Assembly (NCBI GenBank): GCA_963974305.1
Contig: CAXBCS010000005.1
Location: 1,537-65,536 of the forward strand
DNA: 64,000 nt
Direction: 5' to 3'
From: an uncultured bacterium
GTDB taxonomy: Bacteria; Bacteroidota; Bacteroidia; Flavobacteriales; Flavobacteriaceae
Shown: in pieces, positions 47,592 to 57,021 of the stretch
Numbering within the stretch: the first letter of the stretch is position 1
How the letters are laid out: every line of letters begins with the position of its first letter
Position numbers and translations under genes: made by a program
The notes under the pieces: model-generated
Told to the model about the DNA's origin: nothing
What the model saw: only the letters and a program-made list of their open reading frames with translations
Database searches by the model: none

Positions 47592-47624
47592 CGCGAAATT
47601 GCATTCAAATTCATTATCAGAGTT

Positions 47625-48248
47625 TTAACACTGTGCAATCACTCTCATCCTTTTTTTATAATAACGGTCAATAAATATCTGATTGACAAAAAGCATCAAA
47701 AATATGAAGCGAGAAATCCATGGAAATATAAGCGCACAGATAGCCGCAATGATCCAGATAGCTACAACATTAACACCTCTAGCTCGAAACCATTTAAATT
47801 CAAGTTCAGGGAAGACATTGTCTTTATCAATTCGGTAAACGTAGCCCATCATAAGAAGATTTAATACTCCTATCAATGTAAGGTTTAAACAATAGAAGAT
47901 AAAAGGTCCCGCAAGGCCAAAACCATTTACATACATTGCCGTTGAAAATGGCAAGAGTACCATACTTAATAAAAAGAAAATATTAACTCAAAAGAGTTTA
48001 TTGTCAAATTCAGTTACAAACTTCATCAGTCTTAAGTGTCCCAACCAATATAAGGCACTTACTAAAAAACTCACAAGTAGTCCAATAAAGGCAGGGATTC
48101 TATTTGATAGAACTTCACTAAAAGCTGTGGACCCCAATTCTCTCCCAGTGGGAACAGCCACCTCCAGAATAAGTAGTGTTATTACAATAGAAAAAACTGC
48201 ATCACTAAAATTAACGACTCTACTCTTATTATATGTTATTTCTTCCAT
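47625..48248 (-). pseudogene. TMEM175-family (DUF1211) K+ channel with an internal TGA
   Basis: RV.NFSDAVFSI.ITLL.L signature, YW..H; TGA at 47988-47990 in KLF*VNIFFLLSMVLLPFST; the two ORF pieces are in frame. Confidence 0.85.
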
Positions 48249-48287
48249 AGTTCTAATGCACATACAATTAGAAAATGAAGCGCAAAA

Positions 48288-48315
48288 AAAAGCGACGGGT
48301 TGTTGCCGTCGCTTT
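48288..48315 (-). terminator. terminator after the outer-membrane barrel gene
   Basis: AAAGCGACGG...CCGTCGCTTT stem with an A run on the left. Confidence 0.75.
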
Positions 48316-48352
48316 CTGAACTGTAATTTATTTACTTATTAATTTAATAGGA

Positions 48353-51145
48353 CTATAAATTATACTTTACCGTAAACATCACTATTCGAGGTTGTACGAA
48401 ATACTCCGTATTTCGAATAGAAATATCATTTACACTGTTATTACTTATCACATCTACATCAAGTAAATTGGTCGCTTGAACACGAAATTCCCATTTACTA
48501 TCTGGTTTTTGGTAGTATAGATTTGCCTCTAAGAAAGAGTACATATTATCAATTTCAGTTGTATCATCATCATCATCGTAGTTATACAAACTCCAATCGG
48601 CACCAAAGGTGAATCCTTTTAAGAAGTTAATTTCCATGTTGGCAAACGGACGGTTAGTAGTAAACGTTCGGTCGGTTGTGCCATTGTCAGAATTTGTGAT
48701 AGTATGATTGTACCCAATTTCAAAGTTAGGAGCCTCTTTAAAGTTAGTCTCTGCACTTGTTCGGTAATTCTGAGTGATGTTTGTTGTATTTCGATCGGCA
48801 CCGTTAATGATGTTATTCAAGTCGCTGTATGAACCATTGGCGCTAAGATTTAACTTCCATTTTTTAAATCGCTTTGAGAATCTAGCATTCCCGCTAAAAG
48901 TCTCATCGGCAAAGTTGGTGTTGTTTACCACAGTAGTAACCTGATTGATTCCAGAAAAATCTCCAGAAGTTTTAATAGGATCTACACGTTTGGTATAGTT
49001 GATTCCTCCAAACAAACTGGTGAAATTAAACATGCTAAAACTAAAATAATTTAAGCTTGCTGTGTGAAAGATCGCATTTTCAATGTCACGATTTCCTCTA
49101 AAAAGACTATTATAATTACTAAGCAACAATCCCTCAGCAAAATTATTGACATCCGTATATTGAGCGGTCATTTGGTAATTAGCTCGTAAGCTCTTTCCTT
49201 GAGCAAACTCAACAACTGTAAATAAATCGGGAAGTAATTTCCAATCATTCTTCTCTGTGGTACTTCCTAATTGCTCACTTTTGGTGCCATAGTTATGTAA
49301 GGTCAAACCTGGAGTAATTGTAAAGATTCCTGTTTTCACTTTATAATGTAAACCTAAGAACACATCACTAAAATTGAACTTCACATTATTCCCGATAACA
49401 TCTCCTTCTACATTTTCTGTCAACGGATCTTCACTTCCATTTTCTAAAATTTGAAAAAGACTAGAGTCAAAATTTTGAGTACTTAAAGTGGTTCCCAAGG
49501 TGAAATTTAAATTACTTTTATCATTCAAAATGTAGTAATAATCCACTTTGGCATCCAATTTATTACTTTGAACATTCTTGTTTTGATTTAGGTCGTATAA
49601 GCCATTCATACCTATTTGGAAAGGTATTGTACTAACAAACTCAGGGTTATCTGGATCATCAGGCATGGTGTCATCATAATCGTCATTACGCTGAGTAAAA
49701 GGTTCTTCATCTAAACGCGCTCTATAGAATGGATTCTCATCGGCGTATAGGTGTCTAAAAGTTCCAGAGAATATGTTTTTCTCATCAAGGGTGTAATACA
49801 AATTGACATTCTGATTGATTGAAAATGGTTCATTTTCCTTGTTTTGATCAGTGATGTCTTGTTCTATTGCATCGCCATCATCGATTATACTTATACCATT
49901 AGAAAACTCTGTTTGGCTGGATTTCTTAGCAAGAATATCATAATCAAACTGCAAACTTGCACTTGGCTTGTAGACAGAACTAAACTTTACCATTCCTAAT
50001 TGGTTACGTTGATCACTTACCTCATCAAAACCTTGAGTAAATCCTTGGTTAATAAAGGTGTTCAAGGAATTATTAATAAAGTTTGTGCTGTTATCACTAT
50101 ACAAAGCAAAACCACTCACATCCCATTTTGTAGTTGCGGCATAGGTAAAATTGACCGCAGCAAAGTTAGTTTCAATGTCATTAGCCCTGTTATTCTGAGT
50201 CGTCAAAAATCCTAGTCCGCCATCAGAAATATCAAAAGAAGTCCCTCCTCTTTGATTGAAGTTTCTAAAGCCTCCTGTAAAGTTGAAATAATCTCTAAAG
50301 GTAAATGGCACCTCTCCAGTATTGTTAAAATCGGTGATAATATTAATACTTCCTTTGGGACTGTAATAGAACAACTTTGGTTTCACTAGGTATCTAGCCT
50401 TTTCACCGTCTCCCATACCAGCGGTGATTTCTCCAAACCAAAAGTTTTTCTTTCCTTCTTTCAACTTTAAGTTAATCGCAATATTATCCTGATCATTCCC
50501 AAGTCCGCGCATTTGCGACACTTCATTGTAGTTCTTGAGGACCTCTACTTTCTTCAAGGCATCGGCTGGAATGTTTTGAGTCGCAAGTTTGGTATCTCCG
50601 TCAAAGAAATCTTTTCCTTCAATCATCACCTTGGTCACCACTTTTCCTTCTACTTCTATTTGTCCATCGTCATTGACTTCGACGCCTGGAAGTTTTTTAA
50701 GGACATCTCCAAGTTTCCTTTCAGTACCATTGGTAAAACTATCGGTATTATAAACGATTGTATCGCCTTTGATGCTTACAGGCATTTCATATACGAGTTC
50801 TACATCATCTAATTGATTGGGATCGGATTTCAATACAAAATCTCTTTCCATATCCTGAGCATCTTCTGCAACAGTAAGTTCTAGGAGTTCTGATTTTAGG
50901 CCTAGGTAACTAATTTTTAGGTCATAGGTGATTCCTGAAGTAAGTGAGAGTCGGTAACGACCTTGCCCATCTGTAATTCCGTAAGATTCTAGAGTACCTT
51001 CAGCTTTGTTAGATGCAATTACATTTGCAAACTCTAAAGGGCTACCAATACTGTCTTTGATTACACCTCGTAGCTCTATACTTTGCGCAAAAGCTCCTGT
51101 TGACATTGCAAGAAGCAACGCCAAAATTAAATTTCTTACTGTCAT
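48353..51145 (-). CDS. outer-membrane beta-barrel protein with N-terminal carboxypeptidase-regulatory-like domain (TonB-dependent-receptor-like; typical GLPGLI partner)
   Basis: Signal peptide; KGDTIVY, DVLKKLPGVEV, KVMIEGKDFF, QPR..MFTVKYNL C-terminus. Confidence 0.85.
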   Translation of the reverse strand: MTVRNLILALLLAMSTGAFAQSIELRGVIKDSIGSPLEFANVIASNKAEGTLESYGITDGQGRYRLSLTSGITYDLKISYLGLKSELLELTVAEDAQDMERDFVLKSDPNQLDDVELVYEMPVSIKGDTIVYNTDSFTNGTERKLGDVLKKLPGVEVNDDGQIEVEGKVVTKVMIEGKDFFDGDTKLATQNIPADALKKVEVLKNYNEVSQMRGLGNDQDNIAINLKLKEGKKNFWFGEITAGMGDGEKARYLVKPKLFYYSPKGSINIITDFNNTGEVPFTFRDYFNFTGGFRNFNQRGGTSFDISDGGLGFLTTQNNRANDIETNFAAVNFTYAATTKWDVSGFALYSDNSTNFINNSLNTFINQGFTQGFDEVSDQRNQLGMVKFSSVYKPSASLQFDYDILAKKSSQTEFSNGISIIDDGDAIEQDITDQNKENEPFSINQNVNLYYTLDEKNIFSGTFRHLYADENPFYRARLDEEPFTQRNDDYDDTMPDDPDNPEFVSTIPFQIGMNGLYDLNQNKNVQSNKLDAKVDYYYILNDKSNLNFTLGTTLSTQNFDSSLFQILENGSEDPLTENVEGDVIGNNVKFNFSDVFLGLHYKVKTGIFTITPGLTLHNYGTKSEQLGSTTEKNDWKLLPDLFTVVEFAQGKSLRANYQMTAQYTDVNNFAEGLLLSNYNSLFRGNRDIENAIFHTASLNYFSFSMFNFTSLFGGINYTKRVDPIKTSGDFSGINQVTTVVNNTNFADETFSGNARFSKRFKKWKLNLSANGSYSDLNNIINGADRNTTNITQNYRTSAETNFKEAPNFEIGYNHTITNSDNGTTDRTFTTNRPFANMEINFLKGFTFGADWSLYNYDDDDDTTEIDNMYSFLEANLYYQKPDSKWEFRVQATNLLDVDVISNNSVNDISIRNTEYFVQPRIVMFTVKYNL

Positions 51146-51172
51146 TTTGAATTGTTTGATTGGTTGTACACT

Positions 51173-51193
51173 CCTGTCTTCCCGATAAGGCAG
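51173..51193. repeat. degenerate CCTG-type mini-palindrome (CCTGTCTTCCCGATAAGGCAG)
   Basis: Similar arms and length to the 47571 element; intergenic. Confidence 0.4.
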
Positions 51194-51278
51194 AGTAGTG
51201 TTCTCGAGCCGCAGTAATGTGTTTACATATCACCTTAGACTAAGGAACAAAGAGTATATTAAAATATTTTACTAGCTT

Positions 51279-52175
51279 TTAAAAGCGTCTCCCTCCTCTG
51301 TTGTCACCTTTACGACTACCTCCACCAAAGCGATCTGCCATTTCTTTTGCCTTTTCTTCGACAATTTTGAGGTATTCTTCTCGTGTCACTTCTTTTCCTT
51401 TAGAAGGAACTTCAATCACAACTTCTTCTTTAGGATTCAAAACAACCTTTGTACATAAAATGGTTGTATTATTTGTGCTTAACTCCAGAATCAAACCTGG
51501 CAAACCACCAAACTCATCTGGACCATGAGAAGCGGGAATCATAGGTGTATACCAAGCGGTAATCGTTTCTGTTTTTGGCTCTTCAATTTCAATTTCATCC
51601 TCTGTGCTTGCTGTAGCTGAAGAATCTACCTTTTTATCCCTAGCTTTTTGGGCATCACTAGCTCGACGTCCCATACGGCTCCACATATTTTGCTCAATAT
51701 CACGAGTGGCAACAGCCTTAAACGCTGGGTATTGTCCAATCATTTTACTTTCTTTCACCAGCTCCCATTCTAACGAATTAATGGTATCCTTTACAAGAAA
51801 GGTTTTTCCCATCATGTTATTTTCACGTGCATAAGCTTTAGAAGTTGCATTTTTATAAATACCACCTTGCGTAAAACCTCCGCCCCAACGGCCCCCACCT
51901 TGTCCAGGTACAGCTAATTTTTCTTCTTCCTTATAAAAGGATTCTTCATTGGTGAAGCTGAGGGTATATTCCTTCTCTAAGAAATTTTTCATACGCTCCA
52001 TAATTTGCTTTTTACGTTGCTCTGTCATTTGTTGCCCTCCTCTATTAAAACGAGACATGTCCATGGTCGTTTTTGTTTTGTAGGTTGCAACACCCTGAAC
52101 CTTTTGTGCATACATGGGCATTGCCATAAAGCAAATCGCACATAAAATTCCTATTTTTCTTAAAGTCGTTACCAT
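51279..52175 (-). CDS. GLPGLI family protein
   Basis: WEL.KESK.IGQY...KA, AWYTPMIP..HGP..FGGLPGLILEL. Confidence 0.92.
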   Translation of the reverse strand: MVTTLRKIGILCAICFMAMPMYAQKVQGVATYKTKTTMDMSRFNRGGQQMTEQRKKQIMERMKNFLEKEYTLSFTNEESFYKEEEKLAVPGQGGGRWGGGFTQGGIYKNATSKAYARENNMMGKTFLVKDTINSLEWELVKESKMIGQYPAFKAVATRDIEQNMWSRMGRRASDAQKARDKKVDSSATASTEDEIEIEEPKTETITAWYTPMIPASHGPDEFGGLPGLILELSTNNTTILCTKVVLNPKEEVVIEVPSKGKEVTREEYLKIVEEKAKEMADRFGGGSRKGDNRGGRRF

Positions 52176-52280
52176 TATTCTATTGTTAAATGAACTTTCT
52201 AACTCGTTAGACTTTAAAATTACAGTAAAGTTTCACCGACTATAAAATTTTAAGAAGAAATTGTGAATTTGACCACAATA

Positions 52281-53117
52281 TTACCCGCCTATTCTAATGG
52301 TCATAGAGTGATTATCTCCTTTCTTACGACCGTGATCCTGGCGTTCCATCATTTCCCTTGATTTTTCTAAAGAAATTTTATCGTACTCTTCTTGGGTGAC
52401 TTTTTTCCCTTTTTCTGGGATTTCAATTACAATAGGATCTTTAGGGTTTAGGACAACTTTTGTGCACATCATGGACATTTTTCCATCATTTACTTCTAAT
52501 ATAAGACCAGGCAATCCCCAAAATTCATCCGGTCCATGTTGCATAGGAATATCTAAGGTATACCAAGCAGTAATCTCCCGGGTGACCATTTTTGTGGTTG
52601 CTTTTCCTTCTCCATTTATATGTTCAAAGGTTTCAATTTCGTTTTCTTCGGTTAAGGTTGCCTTAAAGCAGGTATATTGCCCAATGTTTTTGGTTTCCTT
52701 TACCAATTGCCAGTTGGGCTTCTTTAGCACATCTTCAATAAGAAACTGCTTCCCCATAAGATCACTTTGAATGGTATAGATCTGATCGGTAATATTATGA
52801 TATCTAATATCTCTATTTCCTGATATCATAATCACCATTCCACTACTCGAAGGCGCTTTTGGCTTGTCTAAATCTGCTGCCTGCTCTTCCCATAATGCTT
52901 CCCCCTTATTAAAAGTGAGATCATATTTACGTTGAAACTGCTTGCGCAATTGTTCTTGAATACTTTTTTGCATTTCACTATTCATTCCTGAGGTGCTGTC
53001 AAGAGTCAGCTCGACATGACGCTGCGTTTGATAGGTAGCTATCCCTTGTAGATTTTGGGCGGTAGCTTTCGCGAAAGCAAAAAGAGTAACCAGAATCGCT
53101 AAAATTAAATTTCTCAT
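52281..53117 (-). CDS. GLPGLI family protein (paralogue of the adjacent gene)
   Basis: WQL.KETK.IGQYTC.KA, AWYTLDIP..HGP..FWGLPGLILEV. Confidence 0.92.
   Translation of the reverse strand: MRNLILAILVTLFAFAKATAQNLQGIATYQTQRHVELTLDSTSGMNSEMQKSIQEQLRKQFQRKYDLTFNKGEALWEEQAADLDKPKAPSSSGMVIMISGNRDIRYHNITDQIYTIQSDLMGKQFLIEDVLKKPNWQLVKETKNIGQYTCFKATLTEENEIETFEHINGEGKATTKMVTREITAWYTLDIPMQHGPDEFWGLPGLILEVNDGKMSMMCTKVVLNPKDPIVIEIPEKGKKVTQEEYDKISLEKSREMMERQDHGRKKGDNHSMTIRIGG
53065..53078. repeat. palindrome GCTTTCGCGAAAGC, copy 8
   Basis: Inside the signal peptide of a GLPGLI gene, read as AFAKA. Confidence 0.95.
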
Positions 53118-53209
53118 GATTAAAGGTGTTAGTTTTTTATGAATTGATGATATAAAATGGATGGTTTACTACTTTGACAAAAGCCAAATTTATAATCAAC
53201 TTTTTTAAA

Positions 53210-53701
53210 TTAGTCTTTTTTAACAATAATTTCTTTTCGTAACTCCCTGGAAAGCTGCGAATTTTCTAAAGTTTTAAGCAAGTCTTGTATTAGATTACTT
53301 TTTTCAAATGCGGTTACAAGTGTTTCCATTTCTTGTTTTACTTCATCCAAATTAATAGCTTCTAACTGCGCCAACTCATCTTTAGAAATCGACAGTTCCA
53401 AGTGTATCTCGGCAGGCTTATGTATAATTGTTAGCTGATCTTTTACAAGTTCAAGAGACTCAATTAAATTTTTGTCTTCTGAAATTTCATGTAAAATTGA
53501 TGAAAGCTCTTTCATTTGTGGTGCATTATCCTTTACTGTTTCCTCTAAAGTTGTATTAAGAACCTTTGACAAATTGATAATAACAGTTTGCAGCTTTTCT
53601 ATTTTTTCTTTTTGCACATCGATGGTAGCAGCGGTCGTTTTTGTTTGTGCAATTGTAATAGAAGTTATACTTAGTAGTAAGCATGTAATTAGAGTTTTCA
53701 T
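53210..53701 (-). CDS. secreted helical hypothetical protein
   Basis: Signal peptide MKTLITCLLLSITSITIA; heptad-like Leu/Glu-rich body. Confidence 0.65.
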   Translation of the reverse strand: MKTLITCLLLSITSITIAQTKTTAATIDVQKEKIEKLQTVIINLSKVLNTTLEETVKDNAPQMKELSSILHEISEDKNLIESLELVKDQLTIIHKPAEIHLELSISKDELAQLEAINLDEVKQEMETLVTAFEKSNLIQDLLKTLENSQLSRELRKEIIVKKD

Positions 53702-53770
53702 AATTGTGTTTTTATATAGTTAGACTTTATTTGAACACTACAAAGATGCATGACCTTTTTTGGAGAATAC

Positions 53771-53800
53771 GTTAACGAGCGTTAACGAGTGTTAATCGAT
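53771..53800. promoter_or_regulatory. three 10-bp direct repeats (GTTAACGAGC GTTAACGAGT GTTAATCGAT), candidate OmpR-family binding site
   Basis: Exact 10-bp period, in the divergent spacer next to an OmpR-type two-component system. Confidence 0.6.
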
Positions 53801-53835
53801 TTGTTTTACAGACCTTTAAGTCACATCTTTGAACC

Positions 53836-55455
53836 ATGCAAGAAAGACATTATAAAACCATTTTATATTTTATAAGCACTGTTATTGTAGTCACCTTAGC
53901 TATTCAGCTCTATTGGAATTATAAAAACTATGAGACTGGAAAAGCACAGCTAGTGCGTGATGTGCAAATAAGTGTAGACACTGCTATTGAAACATATTAT
54001 GCAAATCTAGCCACTCAAAACTCCTATGGTTTTCTAGGCTTAGGAAACCAAAAAGATCAATTCTTCAAATCAGAATCATTGAATGAGCTTGCCAATCATA
54101 TAGATAGTGGAAAGGCGAGATTTAATCAAATAATGATAGAGGACAACATCGATTCTCAAGGATTTTTGAGTGTTCATGGTGGTTCCAAAGTAGAAATTGA
54201 CAGTATTATTGATTCGTATACCTTTACTATAGACACCACCTATTCACAAGTTTTAGAAAAACCAACCTTAGAAAAGGGACGTACCTCTTTCAAAATATCT
54301 GGTTCCAACCAAGAGGCTGTAGACAGTATTTCAAATCGATTACAATCACATTTGGAACTATCAAATTCATCAATAACTACAGATAGTCTAACGCATTTGC
54401 GAGGTACTATGAATCGATTAGGCGCCTTAAATAAGCTAACCACCAAAATTGTTCTCTCCTTCAATCAAGATAAGGTTGACCCTGAACTACTAGACAGCTT
54501 AATAGGAGTAGATCTCAGCCGTAGAAACATGAGTGGAACAGATCATGAACTTTGGTACTCAAATCGAAAAACCGACACCATACCTACGATGGATAAATAT
54601 GCCCTGAGTATACAATCAAACTCAGAGTTATTACCAGTAGACAGTACACTTATAGTAGGATTCAAGAACATTTCGGGAATTGTTTTAAGGCGAAACCTCA
54701 TTGGCATCATTCTTTCCATTATTTTATTATCAGCAGTTATTGGCAGCTTGTTATATCTTCTACATATAATTAGGGAACAAAAACAATTGGCTGAAATCAA
54801 AAATGATTTTATCAGCAATATGACACATGAATTTAAGACCCCTATTGCGACTATTGGTGTAGCACTTGAAAGCATACAACATTTTAACACCTCCAATGAT
54901 CCTGAAAAAACAAAGAAATATGTCGATATGTCATCACAGCAAATTGGCAAATTGAATGTGATGGTAGAAAAATTGTTAGAAACCGCCACCTTAGATCAAA
55001 ACGCGCTTGCGTTAAATAAACAAGAGAGTAATCTTGCCGATTTGATTGCAGGGATTCATCTAAAGTACAGTCAGACCTATGCCGATAAAACCATCAATTT
55101 TTCGAGTAATGCCGATCAAGTATGGGCTACTGTAGATGCATTTCACATTGAAAATGCCATTGATAACATCATTGACAATGCAGTAAAATACGGAGGAGAA
55201 CGTATTGACATTATACTAGAAAAAGCTAAAACAGCCGTTCATATTACCATAAAAGATAGTGGTCATGGATTAACTAAATCTCAGGTATCACAGATATTTG
55301 AAAAGTTCTATCGTGTTCCAAAAGGGAATACACATGATATTAAAGGCTTCGGAATAGGACTTTACTATACAAAAACGATTATCGAGAAGCATGAAGGAAG
55401 TTTGCGTGTAACCACTTCCCCAACTACATTTAATATAACCTTGCCTTATGTCTAA
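53836..55455 (+). CDS. sensor histidine kinase (HisKA)
   Basis: Two TMs around a large periplasmic region; NMTHEFKTP, NIIDNAVKY, DSGHG, FEKFYR, GFGIGL. Confidence 0.94.
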   Translation: MQERHYKTILYFISTVIVVTLAIQLYWNYKNYETGKAQLVRDVQISVDTAIETYYANLATQNSYGFLGLGNQKDQFFKSESLNELANHIDSGKARFNQIMIEDNIDSQGFLSVHGGSKVEIDSIIDSYTFTIDTTYSQVLEKPTLEKGRTSFKISGSNQEAVDSISNRLQSHLELSNSSITTDSLTHLRGTMNRLGALNKLTTKIVLSFNQDKVDPELLDSLIGVDLSRRNMSGTDHELWYSNRKTDTIPTMDKYALSIQSNSELLPVDSTLIVGFKNISGIVLRRNLIGIILSIILLSAVIGSLLYLLHIIREQKQLAEIKNDFISNMTHEFKTPIATIGVALESIQHFNTSNDPEKTKKYVDMSSQQIGKLNVMVEKLLETATLDQNALALNKQESNLADLIAGIHLKYSQTYADKTINFSSNADQVWATVDAFHIENAIDNIIDNAVKYGGERIDIILEKAKTAVHITIKDSGHGLTKSQVSQIFEKFYRVPKGNTHDIKGFGIGLYYTKTIIEKHEGSLRVTTSPTTFNITLPYV

Positions 55456-56146
55456 AATCAAACTCCTCCTAGCCGAAGACGAACCAGCCTTAGGGCAGAT
55501 AGTCAAAGAAAGTCTTGAAACGAGAGACTTTGAAGTGAATTTGTGCGCAGACGGGATGCAAGCAATGGAGCAGTTTCAAAAAGAGGTCCCAGCTTTATTA
55601 ATTTTGGATGTAATGATGCCTAAAATGGATGGGTTTACAGTAGCAAAAGAAATTCGTAAGCTAGATAACACTGTCCCTATTATCTTTTTAACAGCAAAAT
55701 CTCAAACTGCCGATGTGGTGGAAGGCTTTAGTATAGGGGGTAATGATTATTTAAAAAAACCTTTCAGTATTGAAGAATTGATTGCGCGTATCAATAACCT
55801 GCTACATCGAAGTCTAGAACAGAAAATAGCAGAAACCATTGCTATAGGACAATATATTTTTGATTTTCCAAAGCAGCTATTACACTTTCCTGCCAAGAGC
55901 GATGGTGAGAGTCAAAATGACCAAAGTCTAACCCACCGAGAATCACATTTGCTTTTTCATTTATGTAAAAACAAAAATCAAGTGCTAGATCGATCTCTCA
56001 TTTTAAAAAAGTTGTGGGGTGATGATGACTTTTTTAATGGCCGATCCATGGATGTATTTATTACAAAGCTGAGAAAGAAACTCAAAGATGATCCTAATAT
56101 TTCCATTGTAAATGTAAGGGGATATGGCTATAAGCTTATTTGCTAA
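55448..56146 (+). CDS. OmpR/PhoB family response regulator
   Basis: LAEDE, ILDVMMP, FLTAK, DYLKKPF; winged helix RSMDVFITKLRKK, VRGYGY. Confidence 0.95.
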   Translation: MSKIKLLLAEDEPALGQIVKESLETRDFEVNLCADGMQAMEQFQKEVPALLILDVMMPKMDGFTVAKEIRKLDNTVPIIFLTAKSQTADVVEGFSIGGNDYLKKPFSIEELIARINNLLHRSLEQKIAETIAIGQYIFDFPKQLLHFPAKSDGESQNDQSLTHRESHLLFHLCKNKNQVLDRSLILKKLWGDDDFFNGRSMDVFITKLRKKLKDDPNISIVNVRGYGYKLIC

Positions 56147-56230
56147 GCCCGCAAAAGGCGCAGATGTTTCTAGAAAAAGTAAAATAGCTTATAACCACAA
56201 AACGGCAAGATTTTTGTACTTTGGAAGCAG

Positions 56231-57016
56231 ATGAAAACCCAAATCACGCTACTCCTCTTTATACTTAGTTTGTCCGTTTCGGCTCAGTCCGTTATTGTCA
56301 AGCAAATTGCTGAATTCCCATTGGAGGCAGATCGCTTTATTGGTGTCGATGACTATGGTAGTCAGTATTATATTCAAGGAAACACTCTATTTAAAAAGAG
56401 CAAGGATAATACATATCAGTACAGTGCCCTACAGTTAGGATCTTTATCCACTGTTGATATTTTGAACCCTTTAAAAATTACTGCATTTTACCAAGCTTCA
56501 AATACGGCTGTTATTTTAGATAACACCTTATCTGAAATCAAACGAATCTCCTTTTCTAATATTGATAATTTCAGGAATGTAAGTCATGCGACTACGGCCA
56601 ATGATCGGCGTTTATGGATTTACAATATTGACCTACAACAACTTGAAATTTTTGATTATAATACCCAACGCATTATTCAGGCCTCCCGTCCAATTACAAT
56701 ATCACCCGAAGCGATGACCAGCAATTTTAATTTTTGTTGGCTACTTACGCCCTCTTCCATGTCTCGTTTTAATAACTATGGAAGTTTCTTGGAATCTATA
56801 CCGGTTACTGAACTTCAAACGCTTAGGCAATACAATGGATACTTGCTCAGTTGGGATGGTATAGACTTCAAATATAAAAGGCCAAATCAGGTGGAATTCC
56901 AAAAGATAGAAATTCCTAAAATACCCGTAAAACAGTTTTCGTTGAACAATGAAATCCTGTATATTTACGACGGTCGAAAAGTGACCTCTTTTCAACTTAA
57001 ACAAGCTAAAGACTAG
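56231..57016 (+). CDS. secreted hypothetical protein
   Basis: Signal peptide; beta-rich; 5 nt upstream of the deoxynucleoside kinase gene. Confidence 0.65.
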   Translation: MKTQITLLLFILSLSVSAQSVIVKQIAEFPLEADRFIGVDDYGSQYYIQGNTLFKKSKDNTYQYSALQLGSLSTVDILNPLKITAFYQASNTAVILDNTLSEIKRISFSNIDNFRNVSHATTANDRRLWIYNIDLQQLEIFDYNTQRIIQASRPITISPEAMTSNFNFCWLLTPSSMSRFNNYGSFLESIPVTELQTLRQYNGYLLSWDGIDFKYKRPNQVEFQKIEIPKIPVKQFSLNNEILYIYDGRKVTSFQLKQAKD

Positions 57017-57021
57017 TACAC

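Noticed and set aside
47545-47604. N-terminal extension of the CIA30 ORF (MQFRACLSFRQES)
   Set aside because: Translation of the inserted repeat; the signal-peptide start is at 47544
47988-47990. Possible TGA-to-Trp genetic code
   Set aside because: TGA terminates other genes in the window and Trp is encoded by TGG throughout
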